Below, in pieces: positions 9,655 through 19,728 of a stretch of 64,000 bases of DNA (position 1 is its first letter; every line of letters begins with the position of its first letter). The DNA comes from Nitrospiraceae bacterium (lineage in GTDB: Bacteria > Nitrospirota > Nitrospiria > Nitrospirales > Nitrospiraceae), in NCBI GenBank assembly GCA_035454865.1, contig DATIGF010000102.1, positions 16,513 to 80,512 of the forward strand. Reading direction: 5' to 3'. The notes beneath the pieces are model-generated. The model ran no database searches. It was not told the origin of the DNA and worked only from the letters and a program-made list of their open reading frames with translations. Position numbers and translations under genes: made by a program.

Positions 9655-10398
9655 TCAGTCCTTCCTTTTCGATTTCATCCCCGGACGTCTATTCCCGATC
9701 TTCCCCCCCGCCGAGAGCATAATCGTGACGTCCTGACCAGCTCCCATGTGCGCCAGCCTCTCTTGCACCTGACGCGCGGTTCCCCTGATGATCAACTCCT
9801 CCCGTCTTGTGAGATCGCATGCAACCACAATGAACCGTCGAGGGGCCATCCCGGCGATGGTTTTCAAGACGTGCGTGAGTGATCGTGCTGTGCAGAATGC
9901 AACGGTCTGGACCTGGCTCTTGAGACATCTGGCAAGGCAGCGTCTCATGCCATCTTTGGTTTCCGGGAGTCTGCCTTGAAAGAAGAATGAGTCACAGGAG
10001 AGTCCTGCAGCGGCCACGGCGGCCGTGAGCGCTGAGGGACCGGGAACCGAGATCACCCGGATTCCACGATCGTGGGCTGATGCCACAAGGAGGCAGCCGG
10101 GATCGGCGAGGACCGGAGATCCACAGTCCGATACCAGCGCGATCCGGGCGCCTCGTTGCAATCGCTCAATAAGGACTGCCACCTTTTCCTTAAGGTTCGT
10201 GGGGCCATAGCTCGTCAGTGCCGTCTCAATGTCATGATGGGAGAGAAGCCGCCGGGTGGCTGCGGGGTTTTCCGAGGCGATGAGATCGGCATCGCGAAGG
10301 GTTCGGATGGCCCGCAGCGTGATATCGTCCAGATGTCCTATGGGCACACCGACCACATAGAGAATGCCGGGCTTGGTCGGCCGATCCTCGGAAGTCAT
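9655..10398 (-). CDS. rsmI: RsmI-like tetrapyrrole-methylase-family methyltransferase (divergent)
   Basis: LYVVGVPIG.LDDITLRA, SD.G.P..ADPG, VPGPSA; several canonical residues altered. Confidence 0.7.
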   Translation of the reverse strand: MTSEDRPTKPGILYVVGVPIGHLDDITLRAIRTLRDADLIASENPAATRRLLSHHDIETALTSYGPTNLKEKVAVLIERLQRGARIALVSDCGSPVLADPGCLLVASAHDRGIRVISVPGPSALTAAVAAAGLSCDSFFFQGRLPETKDGMRRCLARCLKSQVQTVAFCTARSLTHVLKTIAGMAPRRFIVVACDLTRREELIIRGTARQVQERLAHMGAGQDVTIMLSAGGKIGNRRPGMKSKRKD

Positions 10399-10416
10399 TC
10401 CAACACCAGCGTTTTG

Positions 10417-10446
10417 TTGACTCTGTTCTCTCCGCATCGATATAAT
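10417..10446 (+). promoter_or_regulatory. sigma70 promoter of the hem operon
   Basis: TTGACT-N18-TATAAT upstream of ATG 10502. Confidence 0.6.
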
Positions 10447-10501
10447 TTCGACTTATCTCGTCGGACACGGCCTCTAACCACACGCGGCAGGGTCAGCCCC
10501 T

Positions 10502-11305
10502 ATGGCAGCAGTCTGCTTCATGGTCACCATGGTCCTGTATTTCGTGGCCACGGTATCATTTCTTGCCTATTTACTGCGGCGTTCCGAAGCCCTGTCAAAA
10601 GTGTCGCTGGGGATTACCGCCGCCGGATTCGTGTCTCATACCATTGCGCTGGTCATGAGGATGGTGGCCGCGTCGTCGCCATCGCCTCCCAGTTTCCACG
10701 AAGCGCTCTCTTTTTTCTCCTGGATGCTGATCCTCGTCTTTCTCGCCGTCGAGTTTCGCCATCGGATTCATGTACTCGGATCCTTTATGGTCCCCTTGGC
10801 GCTGGTTTCGCTGGTGTCGGCCGCGGCGCTCCCCGAGACCGTGCCCACCCTCAAGCCCGTGTTCAAGACCCTCTGGTTCCACGTCACGCTCAGCATGTTG
10901 GGGACCGTCGGTTTCGCGGTCGCCTTCGTTGCAGGTGTGATGTATCTGATTCAAGAGCGCCTTCTCAAGTCGAAACGGTTCAACGTGCTCTACAGCAAAC
11001 TGCCCGCGCTCGACTTCCTCGACCATCTGAATCAGCAGTCCATCGTGCTGGGATTCCCGCTGTTGACGCTGGGGATCGTGACCGGAGCGATCTCGGCTGA
11101 ATTTGCGCGCGGATCGTACGTGAGTTGGAATCCCGAGCAGACGTGGGCTCTCGTGACCTGGCTCTTCTATTTTGTGGTGCTGCTGGGTCGGTTGACGGTG
11201 GGATGGCGGGCCAAGCGAGCGGCCTATCTGACGGTGATCGGATTTGCCTGCGTGATCCTCACGTTGGTGGGAGTGGTGCTCAAAGGCCACGGAGCCCTGT
11301 CGTGA
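10502..11305 (+). CDS. CcsA/HemX-family membrane protein
   Basis: About 8 TM helices, WFHV His, degenerate WWD motif SWNPEQTWALVTW; 1 nt upstream of hemA. Confidence 0.85.
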   Translation: MAAVCFMVTMVLYFVATVSFLAYLLRRSEALSKVSLGITAAGFVSHTIALVMRMVAASSPSPPSFHEALSFFSWMLILVFLAVEFRHRIHVLGSFMVPLALVSLVSAAALPETVPTLKPVFKTLWFHVTLSMLGTVGFAVAFVAGVMYLIQERLLKSKRFNVLYSKLPALDFLDHLNQQSIVLGFPLLTLGIVTGAISAEFARGSYVSWNPEQTWALVTWLFYFVVLLGRLTVGWRAKRAAYLTVIGFACVILTLVGVVLKGHGALS

Positions 11306-11306
11306 T

Positions 11307-12698
11307 ATGCATCTGATCGTTGTCGGGCTCAGCCATAAAACGGCCCCGGTCGAGATTCGCGAGAAACTGGCCGTTCCTGAAAGCCGATTGGGCGAGGCAT
11401 TGAGCCGGCTCTGTTCCTATCCCGGGGTGAAGGAAGGCGTTCTGCTGTCGACCTGCAACCGGGTTGAAGTCTACTCGGTGGTCGAGGAGGTTGAAGCCGG
11501 ATACGGGCGTATCCAGGAGTTTCTTGCCGATACCCATCTCGCCCTGTCTTCTGAACAGCTCACCCCCCATCTCTACTGGCATACCGGGGATCGGGCGATC
11601 GCCCATCTATTCAGGGTGGCCGCGAGCCTTGATTCGATGATCATCGGAGAGTCGCAGATCCTCGGGCAGCTCAAGGATGCGTTCGAAGTTGCGCTCGCGC
11701 ATAAGACGACCGGCGTGATTATGAATAAGGTGGTGAAGAAGGCCATCTCGGTTGCCAAGCGTGTGCGGACCGAAACGAAAATTGCGGAAATGGCGGTGTC
11801 GGTCAGCTATGCCGCCGTGGAACTGGCCAAGAAGATTTTCTCGAACCTCGACGAGAAGACCGTGTTGCTCGTCGGTGCGGGTGAAATGGCCAAGCTGGCG
11901 GCGCGACATTTGATCGCGCAAGGCGTCCGTCACGTTCGCATTACGACCAGGACTCCGCAACATGCGATTGATCTTGCTGCCAAGTTCGGCGGGACGCCTG
12001 TTCCCTTCGATCAGTTCAAGGATGAGATGGCCTCGGCGGACATCGTGCTGGTGTCCACCGGCGCAGCGCACTATCTGATCAGTGCCGAGGATGTGCACCG
12101 TGCGGTGAAAGAGCGCATGAATCGGCCCATGTTCCTGATCGATATCTCCGTTCCACGGAACATCGATCCGGCCGTTCGTCATGTCGACAATGCCTATCTA
12201 TTCGATATTGACGATCTGAAGCATCGGGTGGAGCAGAACCGCGCGGAGCGGGTTCAGGAAGCGGAAAAGGCCGAACGAATGGTGGTCGAAGAAGTGGGGA
12301 TCATGCTCGAATGGATGAAGTCGCTGGAGGTGACGCCCACCATCGTCTCCTTGCGGAACCGCGTCGATGAAATCAAACGGGCAGAAGTGGAAAAAGCTCT
12401 CGGCCGTCTAGCGCATCTCTCCCCGCAGGATCGGGATCTGGTCGAAGGCATGGCCTCTTCCATTGTGAACAAATTGATCCATCGCACGATGGTGACGCTC
12501 AAGACCGAGGTCAATTCTTCAAGCGGGCCCGCCTTTGTCGAAGCGGCCCGGCGTTTCTTTAACCTCGACCAGCCGTCGTCTCCGGGCCAACAGACAGAAG
12601 ACTACGCGGAACGGCCGCGCTGTCTCGCGCATGACCCCGACGAATCGGAGCATGAAGAACCGGCGCAGGGGACGTCGATTCGCAAGCGGGCCCCCTGA
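11307..12698 (+). CDS. hemA: Glutamyl-tRNA reductase
   Basis: GLSHKTAP, LSTCNRVE, GESQILGQ, GAGEM, DISVPRNI. Confidence 0.97.
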   Translation: MHLIVVGLSHKTAPVEIREKLAVPESRLGEALSRLCSYPGVKEGVLLSTCNRVEVYSVVEEVEAGYGRIQEFLADTHLALSSEQLTPHLYWHTGDRAIAHLFRVAASLDSMIIGESQILGQLKDAFEVALAHKTTGVIMNKVVKKAISVAKRVRTETKIAEMAVSVSYAAVELAKKIFSNLDEKTVLLVGAGEMAKLAARHLIAQGVRHVRITTRTPQHAIDLAAKFGGTPVPFDQFKDEMASADIVLVSTGAAHYLISAEDVHRAVKERMNRPMFLIDISVPRNIDPAVRHVDNAYLFDIDDLKHRVEQNRAERVQEAEKAERMVVEEVGIMLEWMKSLEVTPTIVSLRNRVDEIKRAEVEKALGRLAHLSPQDRDLVEGMASSIVNKLIHRTMVTLKTEVNSSSGPAFVEAARRFFNLDQPSSPGQQTEDYAERPRCLAHDPDESEHEEPAQGTSIRKRAP

Positions 12699-12733
12699 CT
12701 GGCCCCGGCAAAGAACGCAGGAAGGAAGTACGC

Positions 12734-13681
12734 GTGTCTACACCGACCGGTCAACGCCCGACCCTGGTGCTCGGAACGAGGGGAAGTAAGCTGGCGTTGC
12801 AGCAAAGCGAGTGGTTTCAGTCCAGAGTGCATGCGGTGGCTCCCGAAGTCCGGGTCACGTTGCGGAAGATTCAGACCTCCGGCGACAAGATTATCGACGT
12901 GCCGCTGGCCAAGATCGGCGGCAAAGGCCTCTTCGTCAAGGAAATAGAGGAAGCTCTGCTTGCCGGCGAAATTGATTTCGCTGTCCACAGCATGAAGGAT
13001 GTCCCGGCGCAATTGCCCGGGGGGCTTGAGATTCTCTGCATACCGCCGCGCGAGGACGCACGCGATGCGCTGATCAGCCGCAACGGGCGTTCATTCAAGG
13101 ATCTTCCGCAAGGGGCGCGGATCGGCACGGCGAGCCTTCGTCGACAGGCGCAACTGCTGAATGCCAGGCCCGACCTCCGGATCGAAATGTTGCGGGGTAA
13201 TCTTGATACGCGGCTCAGAAAACTCAAGGAAGGGCAATTTGATGCCATCGTGCTGGCTGCGGCAGGGTTGCGCCGTCTGGCGTGGGGGCAGGAGATTACA
13301 GAATATCTTGATCCGGTCGTGAGTCTTCCCGCGATCGGACAAGGGGCGTTAGGCATTGAAGGGCGCAGCAACGATCAGTTCGTGCGGTCCATCCTGGATC
13401 GGCTCAACGATCAGGCCACCCAGACCACTGTGACAGCGGAGCGGGCGCTCCTCCATCGGCTGGAGGGCGGGTGTCAGGTTCCGATCGCCGCGTATGCCAT
13501 TTTGGCCGGGGAGCAGCTGCAGCTGGAAGGACTTGTGGCCAGCGTGGACGGCAAGACCGTCCTCCGTGACCGCATCGAGGGACCTACTCAGGAGGCGCAT
13601 GCGCTTGGAGTGCAACTGGCCGAACGGCTGCTGGCGAGAGGCGCCGACAAGATCCTTCGGGAAATCTACGGAAGAGCCTGA
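12734..13681 (+). CDS. hemC: Hydroxymethylbilane synthase
   Basis: GTRGSKLAL.Q, GGKGLFVKEIE, VHSMKD, LEGGCQVPI. Confidence 0.97.
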   Translation: MSTPTGQRPTLVLGTRGSKLALQQSEWFQSRVHAVAPEVRVTLRKIQTSGDKIIDVPLAKIGGKGLFVKEIEEALLAGEIDFAVHSMKDVPAQLPGGLEILCIPPREDARDALISRNGRSFKDLPQGARIGTASLRRQAQLLNARPDLRIEMLRGNLDTRLRKLKEGQFDAIVLAAAGLRRLAWGQEITEYLDPVVSLPAIGQGALGIEGRSNDQFVRSILDRLNDQATQTTVTAERALLHRLEGGCQVPIAAYAILAGEQLQLEGLVASVDGKTVLRDRIEGPTQEAHALGVQLAERLLARGADKILREIYGRA

Positions 13682-15243
13682 TGGCGGGTCGACGGGCAAG
13701 AGGCAAAGTCTACCTCGTCGGGGCCGGTCCCGGCGATCCTAAACTCCTGACCATTCGCGGGAAGGAATGTCTTGAGCAGGCAGAAGTGGTCCTGTACGAT
13801 TATCTCGCGAATCCCGCGCTGTTGTCGCATGCGCCGGACCGGGCCGAGCGTATCTATGTCGGGCGGCGCGGCAAAGGGAAGTATCCGGCGCAAGACGAAA
13901 TCAATCGCCTGTTGATCGAGCGGGCGCGGGACGGGAAAGTCGTCGTGCGGCTGAAGGGCGGGGATCCGTTTGTGTTCGGTCGCGGGGGGGAAGAAGCGGA
14001 AGTGTTGGCATCAGCGGGGATCGAGTTCGAAGTGGTTCCCGGTGTGACGGCTGCGGTTGCGGCGCCTGCCTATGCCGGTATCCCCGTGACCCATCGGACC
14101 CTGGCGTCTTCGGTGACAATCGTGACCGGACACGAAGATCCGGACAAGTCAACGTCTGCGCTGGAATGGCCGAAGCTCGCAAGCAGCCATGGCACGCTGG
14201 TGTTTCTCATGGGGATGAAAAATCTCCCGGCGATCGTGGCGCACCTGACGGCCGAAGGGCGATCCCCGACCACGCCGGTGGCGGTGATTCGGTGGGGGAC
14301 AAGGGCGTCTCAGCAAACCGTCGTCGGCACCTTATCCGATATCGTGGGGAAGGCCGAAGCGGCCCATATGGAGCCGCCGACAGTGATTGTCGTGGGTGAA
14401 GTTGTCCGGCTCAGACCGCAACTGAACTGGTTCGAGCAGCGCCCGTTGTTCGGCAAGCGGGTGTTGATGACTCGGGCCAAGGAACAGGCCGAAGAACTGG
14501 CCACGTTGCTCACTGCGTATGGAGCCGATCCTGTGGAAGCCCCGACTATCCGGATTGTCCCCCCGGCCGATTGGTCTCTCGTCGATCAGGCGATCGGGGC
14601 CATGGCCACCTATGATTGGGTGATTTTTACCAGCGTGAATGGCGTAGCCCGGTTCATGACGCGGTTGTGGGCGAACGGCTTGGATGCCCGCAATCTGGCC
14701 GGGCGCGGGATCTGTTGTATCGGACCCCGCACGGCACAAGAGCTTGAGAAGTTCGGCGTGAAGGCAGATGTGATTCCCGCGGACTATCAGGCCGAAGGCA
14801 TCTTAATGATGCTGGGAAGCCGGGATCTGCGGAAAGCCCGTGTGCTCATTCCACGCGCGGAAGTCGCCCGCGAATTGCTGCCGGACGAACTCCGCGCGCG
14901 TGGCGCCCATGTCGATGTCGTCCCGGTGTATCGAACGCTCGTACCAAGCGGGGACGGCGAGGAGTGGCGCCAGGAACTCGCGGGCGGCCGGATTCAAGTG
15001 GTGACCTTTACGAGTTCATCGACGGTTCGCAATTTTGTCGATATCCTCGGGGGAGCCGATGCGGTGCGGGCAGCCTTGAAGGCGGTCACGATTGCCTGCA
15101 TCGGGCCGATCACGGCGAAGACGGTTGAAGAATATGGTTTGACGGTATCGATCGTACCGAGCGAGAATACAATTCCGGCGCTGGTTGATGCGATCACGCA
15201 GTATTACGGCAGTCGGGAGCAGATGGCGGCGGGAACGAAGTAG
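13681..15243 (+). CDS. cobA: Fused uroporphyrinogen-III C-methyltransferase / uroporphyrinogen-III synthase (CobA-HemD)
   Basis: VGAGPGDP, RLKGGDPFVFGRGGEE; C-terminal FTSVNGV and FTSSSTV HemD motifs. Confidence 0.95.
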   Translation: MAGRRARGKVYLVGAGPGDPKLLTIRGKECLEQAEVVLYDYLANPALLSHAPDRAERIYVGRRGKGKYPAQDEINRLLIERARDGKVVVRLKGGDPFVFGRGGEEAEVLASAGIEFEVVPGVTAAVAAPAYAGIPVTHRTLASSVTIVTGHEDPDKSTSALEWPKLASSHGTLVFLMGMKNLPAIVAHLTAEGRSPTTPVAVIRWGTRASQQTVVGTLSDIVGKAEAAHMEPPTVIVVGEVVRLRPQLNWFEQRPLFGKRVLMTRAKEQAEELATLLTAYGADPVEAPTIRIVPPADWSLVDQAIGAMATYDWVIFTSVNGVARFMTRLWANGLDARNLAGRGICCIGPRTAQELEKFGVKADVIPADYQAEGILMMLGSRDLRKARVLIPRAEVARELLPDELRARGAHVDVVPVYRTLVPSGDGEEWRQELAGGRIQVVTFTSSSTVRNFVDILGGADAVRAALKAVTIACIGPITAKTVEEYGLTVSIVPSENTIPALVDAITQYYGSREQMAAGTK

Positions 15244-15282
15244 AGCAGAAGGCAGGTTGACACGTAAAGGGAGGAGACAGGC

Positions 15283-15675
15283 ATGGTTCCGGTGAAGTCA
15301 TTCATGATTCCACGAGAGAAGTTTGTGACGGTGCCACGGGATACGGATGCGCAGACGGCCGCCCGCATCATGCGCGATCGCGGGATCGGCAGTTTGTTCG
15401 TGACGAATGATCGGGAGATTATCGGGATTCTGACGGATACGGACATGATGCGTCGCGTGGTCGCGGCCGGGGCTGATGCGACCAAGACCACGGTCGAGCA
15501 GATCATGTCGGCTCCCATTATGACCATTGAAGAGGGCAAGACGCTGCTGGACGCCAACGACCTGATGGCCCAGTCCCATCTCCGTCATCTCGGGGTGACG
15601 CGTGACAGCAAGCTGGTCGGGATGATCTCCGTTCGCGACCTCGTCGTCTTCTTGACGAATCTTCCCAGGAAGTAG
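15283..15675 (+). CDS. CBS domain pair protein
   Basis: Two CBS repeats (IIGILTDTD, LVGMISVRD); GGAGG RBS. Confidence 0.88.
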   Translation: MVPVKSFMIPREKFVTVPRDTDAQTAARIMRDRGIGSLFVTNDREIIGILTDTDMMRRVVAAGADATKTTVEQIMSAPIMTIEEGKTLLDANDLMAQSHLRHLGVTRDSKLVGMISVRDLVVFLTNLPRK

Positions 15676-15681
15676 GGCGGC

Positions 15682-16653
15682 ATGGCGTTTCCGATTCAGC
15701 GACTGCGGCGGTTGCGGCAACATGAATCGCTCCGGCGGATGGTGCGGGAGACGGGATTGTCTCCCGACGATTTCATTTATCCGTTGTTCGTGGTCGAAGG
15801 ACGGGATCGACGTGAAGAAATCGCTTCGATGCCGGGCCAGTTCCGGTTGTCGATCGATCTGCTGATCAAGGAAGCCGGCGAAATTAAGGCGCTGGGGATT
15901 CCAGCGATCATCCTGTTCGGAATTCCGGCGCAGAAGGACGAACGCGGAAGCTCCGGCTTGGACCCGAACGGCATCGTGCAGCGGGCGATCAAAGCCGTGA
16001 AGGACCATGTGCCGGGTCTGATGGTCATTACCGATGTCTGCATCGATGAGTACACCAGTCACGGCCATTGCGGCATCGTGCGGGACGGGAAGATTATCAA
16101 CGATGAGACGCTCGACTGCCTGAGGACCATGGCTCGCACTCATGCAGAGGCCGGGGCCGACATGGTGGCGCCCTCCGATATGATGGACGGCCGGGTGGCG
16201 GCGATCCGGGGCGAATTAGACCGGGCCGGCTATTCCGAGTTGCCCATCATGGCCTATGCCGCAAAATTCTCCTCCTGTTTCTACGCTCCGTTCCGTGACG
16301 CTGCGTTCTCCAGTCCCCAGTTCGGCGATCGACAGTCGTATCAAATGGATCCCGCGAACGCGCGCGAAGCGCTTCGTGAGATCGACCTGGATATCGAAGA
16401 AGGGGCCGACATCGTAATGGTGAAGCCTGCCTTGCCCTATCTGGACATTATTGCGACTGCCCGCAGCCGAACCCTCCTTCCCATTGCCGCCTACCAGGTG
16501 AGCGGTGAATACAGCATGATCAAGGCTGCGGCGAAGGCCGGCTGGCTTGATGAATCGCGCGCGGTGATGGAATCGCTGCTGGCGATCAAGCGGGCGGGAG
16601 CCGACGTAATTCTCTCCTATTTCGCCAAAGACGCCGTCCGGCAGCTTCATTGA
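15682..16653 (+). CDS. hemB: Porphobilinogen synthase
   Basis: DVCIDEYTSHGHCG Zn site, APSDMMDGRV, MVKPA, AYQVSGEY. Confidence 0.97.
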   Translation: MAFPIQRLRRLRQHESLRRMVRETGLSPDDFIYPLFVVEGRDRREEIASMPGQFRLSIDLLIKEAGEIKALGIPAIILFGIPAQKDERGSSGLDPNGIVQRAIKAVKDHVPGLMVITDVCIDEYTSHGHCGIVRDGKIINDETLDCLRTMARTHAEAGADMVAPSDMMDGRVAAIRGELDRAGYSELPIMAYAAKFSSCFYAPFRDAAFSSPQFGDRQSYQMDPANAREALREIDLDIEEGADIVMVKPALPYLDIIATARSRTLLPIAAYQVSGEYSMIKAAAKAGWLDESRAVMESLLAIKRAGADVILSYFAKDAVRQLH

Positions 16654-16661
16654 TCGTGTCC

Positions 16662-17609
16662 ATGAAGGTTACCCGCGGATATCTGGGCGAGACCGTGCGG
16701 CCCTATCCTGTGGCGACGATCGGCAATTTCGACGGGCATCATGTCGGTCACCGCGCGCTCTTGCAAACGGTGGTGCAGACGGCGCGCAAGGCTCACGGCA
16801 CAGCCATGGTGCTGACCTTCGATCCGCATCCGGTGAAAATACTGGCGTCACACGTGGATCTGCGATTCCTGACCAGCCCGGAGGAAAAACTCGCCCGATT
16901 TGAAGAGGCGGGCATCGATGAAGTTGTCCTGCTGGAATTCAGCGAGGCCTTTGCGGGGCTGTCTCCGGAGGCCTTTGCAGAGCAGGTCCTCGCTCGCGGG
17001 CTCCGGCTCAACGAGATCTTCGTCGGAGAACATTTCGCCTTTGGGCACAAGCGTGCGGGGAAGATTGCGGATCTGATTGCCTTGGGCGGCCGGTTCGGGT
17101 TCGTTGTGCATCCGCTCGCCCCGGTCATGGTTGACGGGGGAGTGGTCAGCTCGACGAGAATCCGTCAACTCATTCAAGCCGGGCAGGTCGGTCAGGCGGC
17201 GCTCCTGCTGGGTCGGCCCTATGCCATTACGGGTGTGGTAGCACCCGGCGCACAGCGGGGACAGACATTGGGGTGGCCGACAGCCAACCTTCGGTTGCCG
17301 CCTGAACGGGTGATCCCTCCCGATGGGGTCTATGCGGCCGTGACGGCCGTGAACCGGCAACGGTATGATTCGATCGCGTATATCGGAACGAGGCCCACGT
17401 TTGATGCAGGGGAACGGTTACTCGAAGTCTATCTGTTGGACGGAGCCCACGAACTCTACGGACAAATGATCGCCGTCGATCTTGTCGAACGCGTACGGGG
17501 TGACGTGCAGTTTGCCGGAGGGGATGCGTTGAGCCGTCAGATTGCGCTGGATGTGGAGTCGGCCAGGAGAATGCTGCGCAGGCACCATGAGGCCATTGGA
17601 GAGCGATGA
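16662..17609 (+). CDS. ribF: Bifunctional riboflavin kinase/FAD synthetase
   Basis: IGNFDGHH.GH, VSSTRIR, G.PTAN, GTRPTF. Confidence 0.95.
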   Translation: MKVTRGYLGETVRPYPVATIGNFDGHHVGHRALLQTVVQTARKAHGTAMVLTFDPHPVKILASHVDLRFLTSPEEKLARFEEAGIDEVVLLEFSEAFAGLSPEAFAEQVLARGLRLNEIFVGEHFAFGHKRAGKIADLIALGGRFGFVVHPLAPVMVDGGVVSSTRIRQLIQAGQVGQAALLLGRPYAITGVVAPGAQRGQTLGWPTANLRLPPERVIPPDGVYAAVTAVNRQRYDSIAYIGTRPTFDAGERLLEVYLLDGAHELYGQMIAVDLVERVRGDVQFAGGDALSRQIALDVESARRMLRRHHEAIGER

Positions 17610-19078
17610 CCATTGAGGCACCGGCGATGGTGAAAAGAAGTAGCCGGCGGGCGTGGCCGGCGTTGCTGCATCGGGTCGTGAGAACGATTCGTTCGAAGGG
17701 GCTTGTCGAGCGCGGGCAGCACCTCCTGGTGGCGGTTTCCGGTGGGCCGGATTCGGTGGCGCTGTTGTCGCTCTTGCATCGGCTGCGCACGCCCTGGTCA
17801 CTGACCCTGACCGCCGTCCATTTCAACTATGGACTGCGCGGGGCTGAGTCCGAGGGCGATCAGGAGTTTGTGGCGGCCTTCTGCCGCGAACTTGGGATTC
17901 CGCTCGTTACCAGGCGACTTGAAGTCCGGGGTCGCGCGCATCGGACATCATTACAAGAGGCCGCGCGCGACCTCCGCTATCGCGCGATGAAGGAACTGGC
18001 CAAGGAGTACGGGGCGGATCGCATTGCCCTTGGTCATACAGCCGATGATCAGGCCGAGACGGTCTTGTTATGGATGCTTCGGGGCGCGGGATTGACCGGT
18101 CTCTCCGGGATGCCGGCTATTCGCGACGGCGACATCGTTCGCCCTCTGTACGAGACGAAGAGGCAGGACATTCTTGCTTATCTGAAACAGGCGGGACTGG
18201 CGTTCCGGCGCGACTCCAGCAACAGCAAGCCGCTCTATATGCGGAACCGGGTCAGACAGGAGGTCATGCCGGTTCTGAATCGACTGGTGCCGTCCGCCGT
18301 GGACGCCCTGTGTCGGCTGGCGGATCTCTGCCGCGAAGATGATCAGTATCTCGATGAGCATCTCGTCGCGCTGTGCTCGGCCAGAGTCCGCCCGGAAATC
18401 GACGGGGGATGGTCGATTGATCGGGCATGGGTCCGGGCGCTTCCCCGCGCATTGCAGCGTCGGCTGGTGCGAAATCTCCTGCGCCGGTGTGAAGAGCAGC
18501 TTAAGCCGCCCAGCCTCCGTAGCGTTGAGCGCGTCCTTCAGTCTGTGACAGGCAAGGGACCGTTCCAGGGAATGGCGACGCAGTCGACCCGACTGGTCGT
18601 TGAAAATGACCTCGTGCGCTTCATTCCGTCGGGACCCCGAGATCCGGCTCATGAACGCAGCGAGCAGCTGGTCCCTCAAATTCTGGCGGTGCCGTCCCAG
18701 ATCATGTGGGCTGGAACGGGCCAGACAATTCGGGTACAACGGTTGTCGCGGAGCCATGTTCGGTCCGCGGATCAAGTAAGGAACCGGATTGTGGTGGATG
18801 CCGATCGCATTTCCGGGCCGCTGGTGGTGCGATCCTGGCAGCCCGGCGACCGGTTTCATCCCCTCGGCATGAAGGGGCGCTCGAAGAAGCTTCAGGACTT
18901 TTTCACGGATCTCAAAGTTCCGGTGGCCCTCCGACGGCTGGTCCCGGTGGTCGCGGCGCCGGAGGGGATCGTGTGGGTCGTAGGACATCGACAGGATGAA
19001 CGATGGACTCTGACCGCTGCCACGCAACGTTGCCTGGTGCTGACGGCGGGTGAGGAGTCGACAGGGGAAGGAGTTTAG
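17606..19078 (+). CDS. tilS: tRNA(Ile)-lysidine synthetase
   Basis: VSGGPDS PP-loop, GHTADDQAET, RNRVR; upstream of hpt-ftsH. Confidence 0.95.
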   Translation: MTIEAPAMVKRSSRRAWPALLHRVVRTIRSKGLVERGQHLLVAVSGGPDSVALLSLLHRLRTPWSLTLTAVHFNYGLRGAESEGDQEFVAAFCRELGIPLVTRRLEVRGRAHRTSLQEAARDLRYRAMKELAKEYGADRIALGHTADDQAETVLLWMLRGAGLTGLSGMPAIRDGDIVRPLYETKRQDILAYLKQAGLAFRRDSSNSKPLYMRNRVRQEVMPVLNRLVPSAVDALCRLADLCREDDQYLDEHLVALCSARVRPEIDGGWSIDRAWVRALPRALQRRLVRNLLRRCEEQLKPPSLRSVERVLQSVTGKGPFQGMATQSTRLVVENDLVRFIPSGPRDPAHERSEQLVPQILAVPSQIMWAGTGQTIRVQRLSRSHVRSADQVRNRIVVDADRISGPLVVRSWQPGDRFHPLGMKGRSKKLQDFFTDLKVPVALRRLVPVVAAPEGIVWVVGHRQDERWTLTAATQRCLVLTAGEESTGEGV

Positions 19079-19083
19079 CGGGG

Positions 19084-19626
19084 ATGGAACGTATGTTCGG
19101 GCGTCCGATTGTTACGCAGGAGCAAATGCGGGCCCGCATCCGGGAGTTGGGACGGCAAATCAGCGCCGACTATGCGGGCAAAGATCTGGTGCTCGTCGGT
19201 GTGTTGAAAGGCGCCTATGCCTTTTATGCCGATTTGGCGCGGGCGATCCGGATTCCGATACGGGTCGACTTCATTGTGGTGACGAGCTACGGATCAGGGG
19301 CCAAGACCTCCGGGAAGGTCAAACTGGTGACTGAGTTGACCGAAGAAATCAAAGGCAAGGATGTCCTGCTGGTGGAGGACATCGTCGATTCGGGGTTAAC
19401 AGTTCAGCAGTTGATGAAGTCGCTCTCCAAGAAGAAACCCCGGAGCATCAAGGTCTGTACGCTCTTGAGCAAACCGGAGCGTCGTGCCGTCGATGTGCAG
19501 GTCGAGTACGTCGGGTTCAAGATTCCCAATCAGTACGTCGTGGGCTACGGGCTCGATTATCAGCAGAAGTATCGCAATCTTCCGTACCTTGCAGTCCTGG
19601 ACCAGATGGATGATCAGGAGGAGTAG
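19084..19626 (+). CDS. hpt: Hypoxanthine phosphoribosyltransferase
   Basis: VLKGA, LLVEDIVDSGLT, VVGYGLDY. Confidence 0.96.
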   Translation: MERMFGRPIVTQEQMRARIRELGRQISADYAGKDLVLVGVLKGAYAFYADLARAIRIPIRVDFIVVTSYGSGAKTSGKVKLVTELTEEIKGKDVLLVEDIVDSGLTVQQLMKSLSKKKPRSIKVCTLLSKPERRAVDVQVEYVGFKIPNQYVVGYGLDYQQKYRNLPYLAVLDQMDDQEE

Positions 19627-19728
19627 CCTTTGGGGTTGCTGTTGTCAGCTTGAACGGGGCTATGTTAACATCACCCAGATTTATGAAGAGGTTGTGTCTA
19701 AGCGTAACGCTTTCATAAGGAGATCTGG

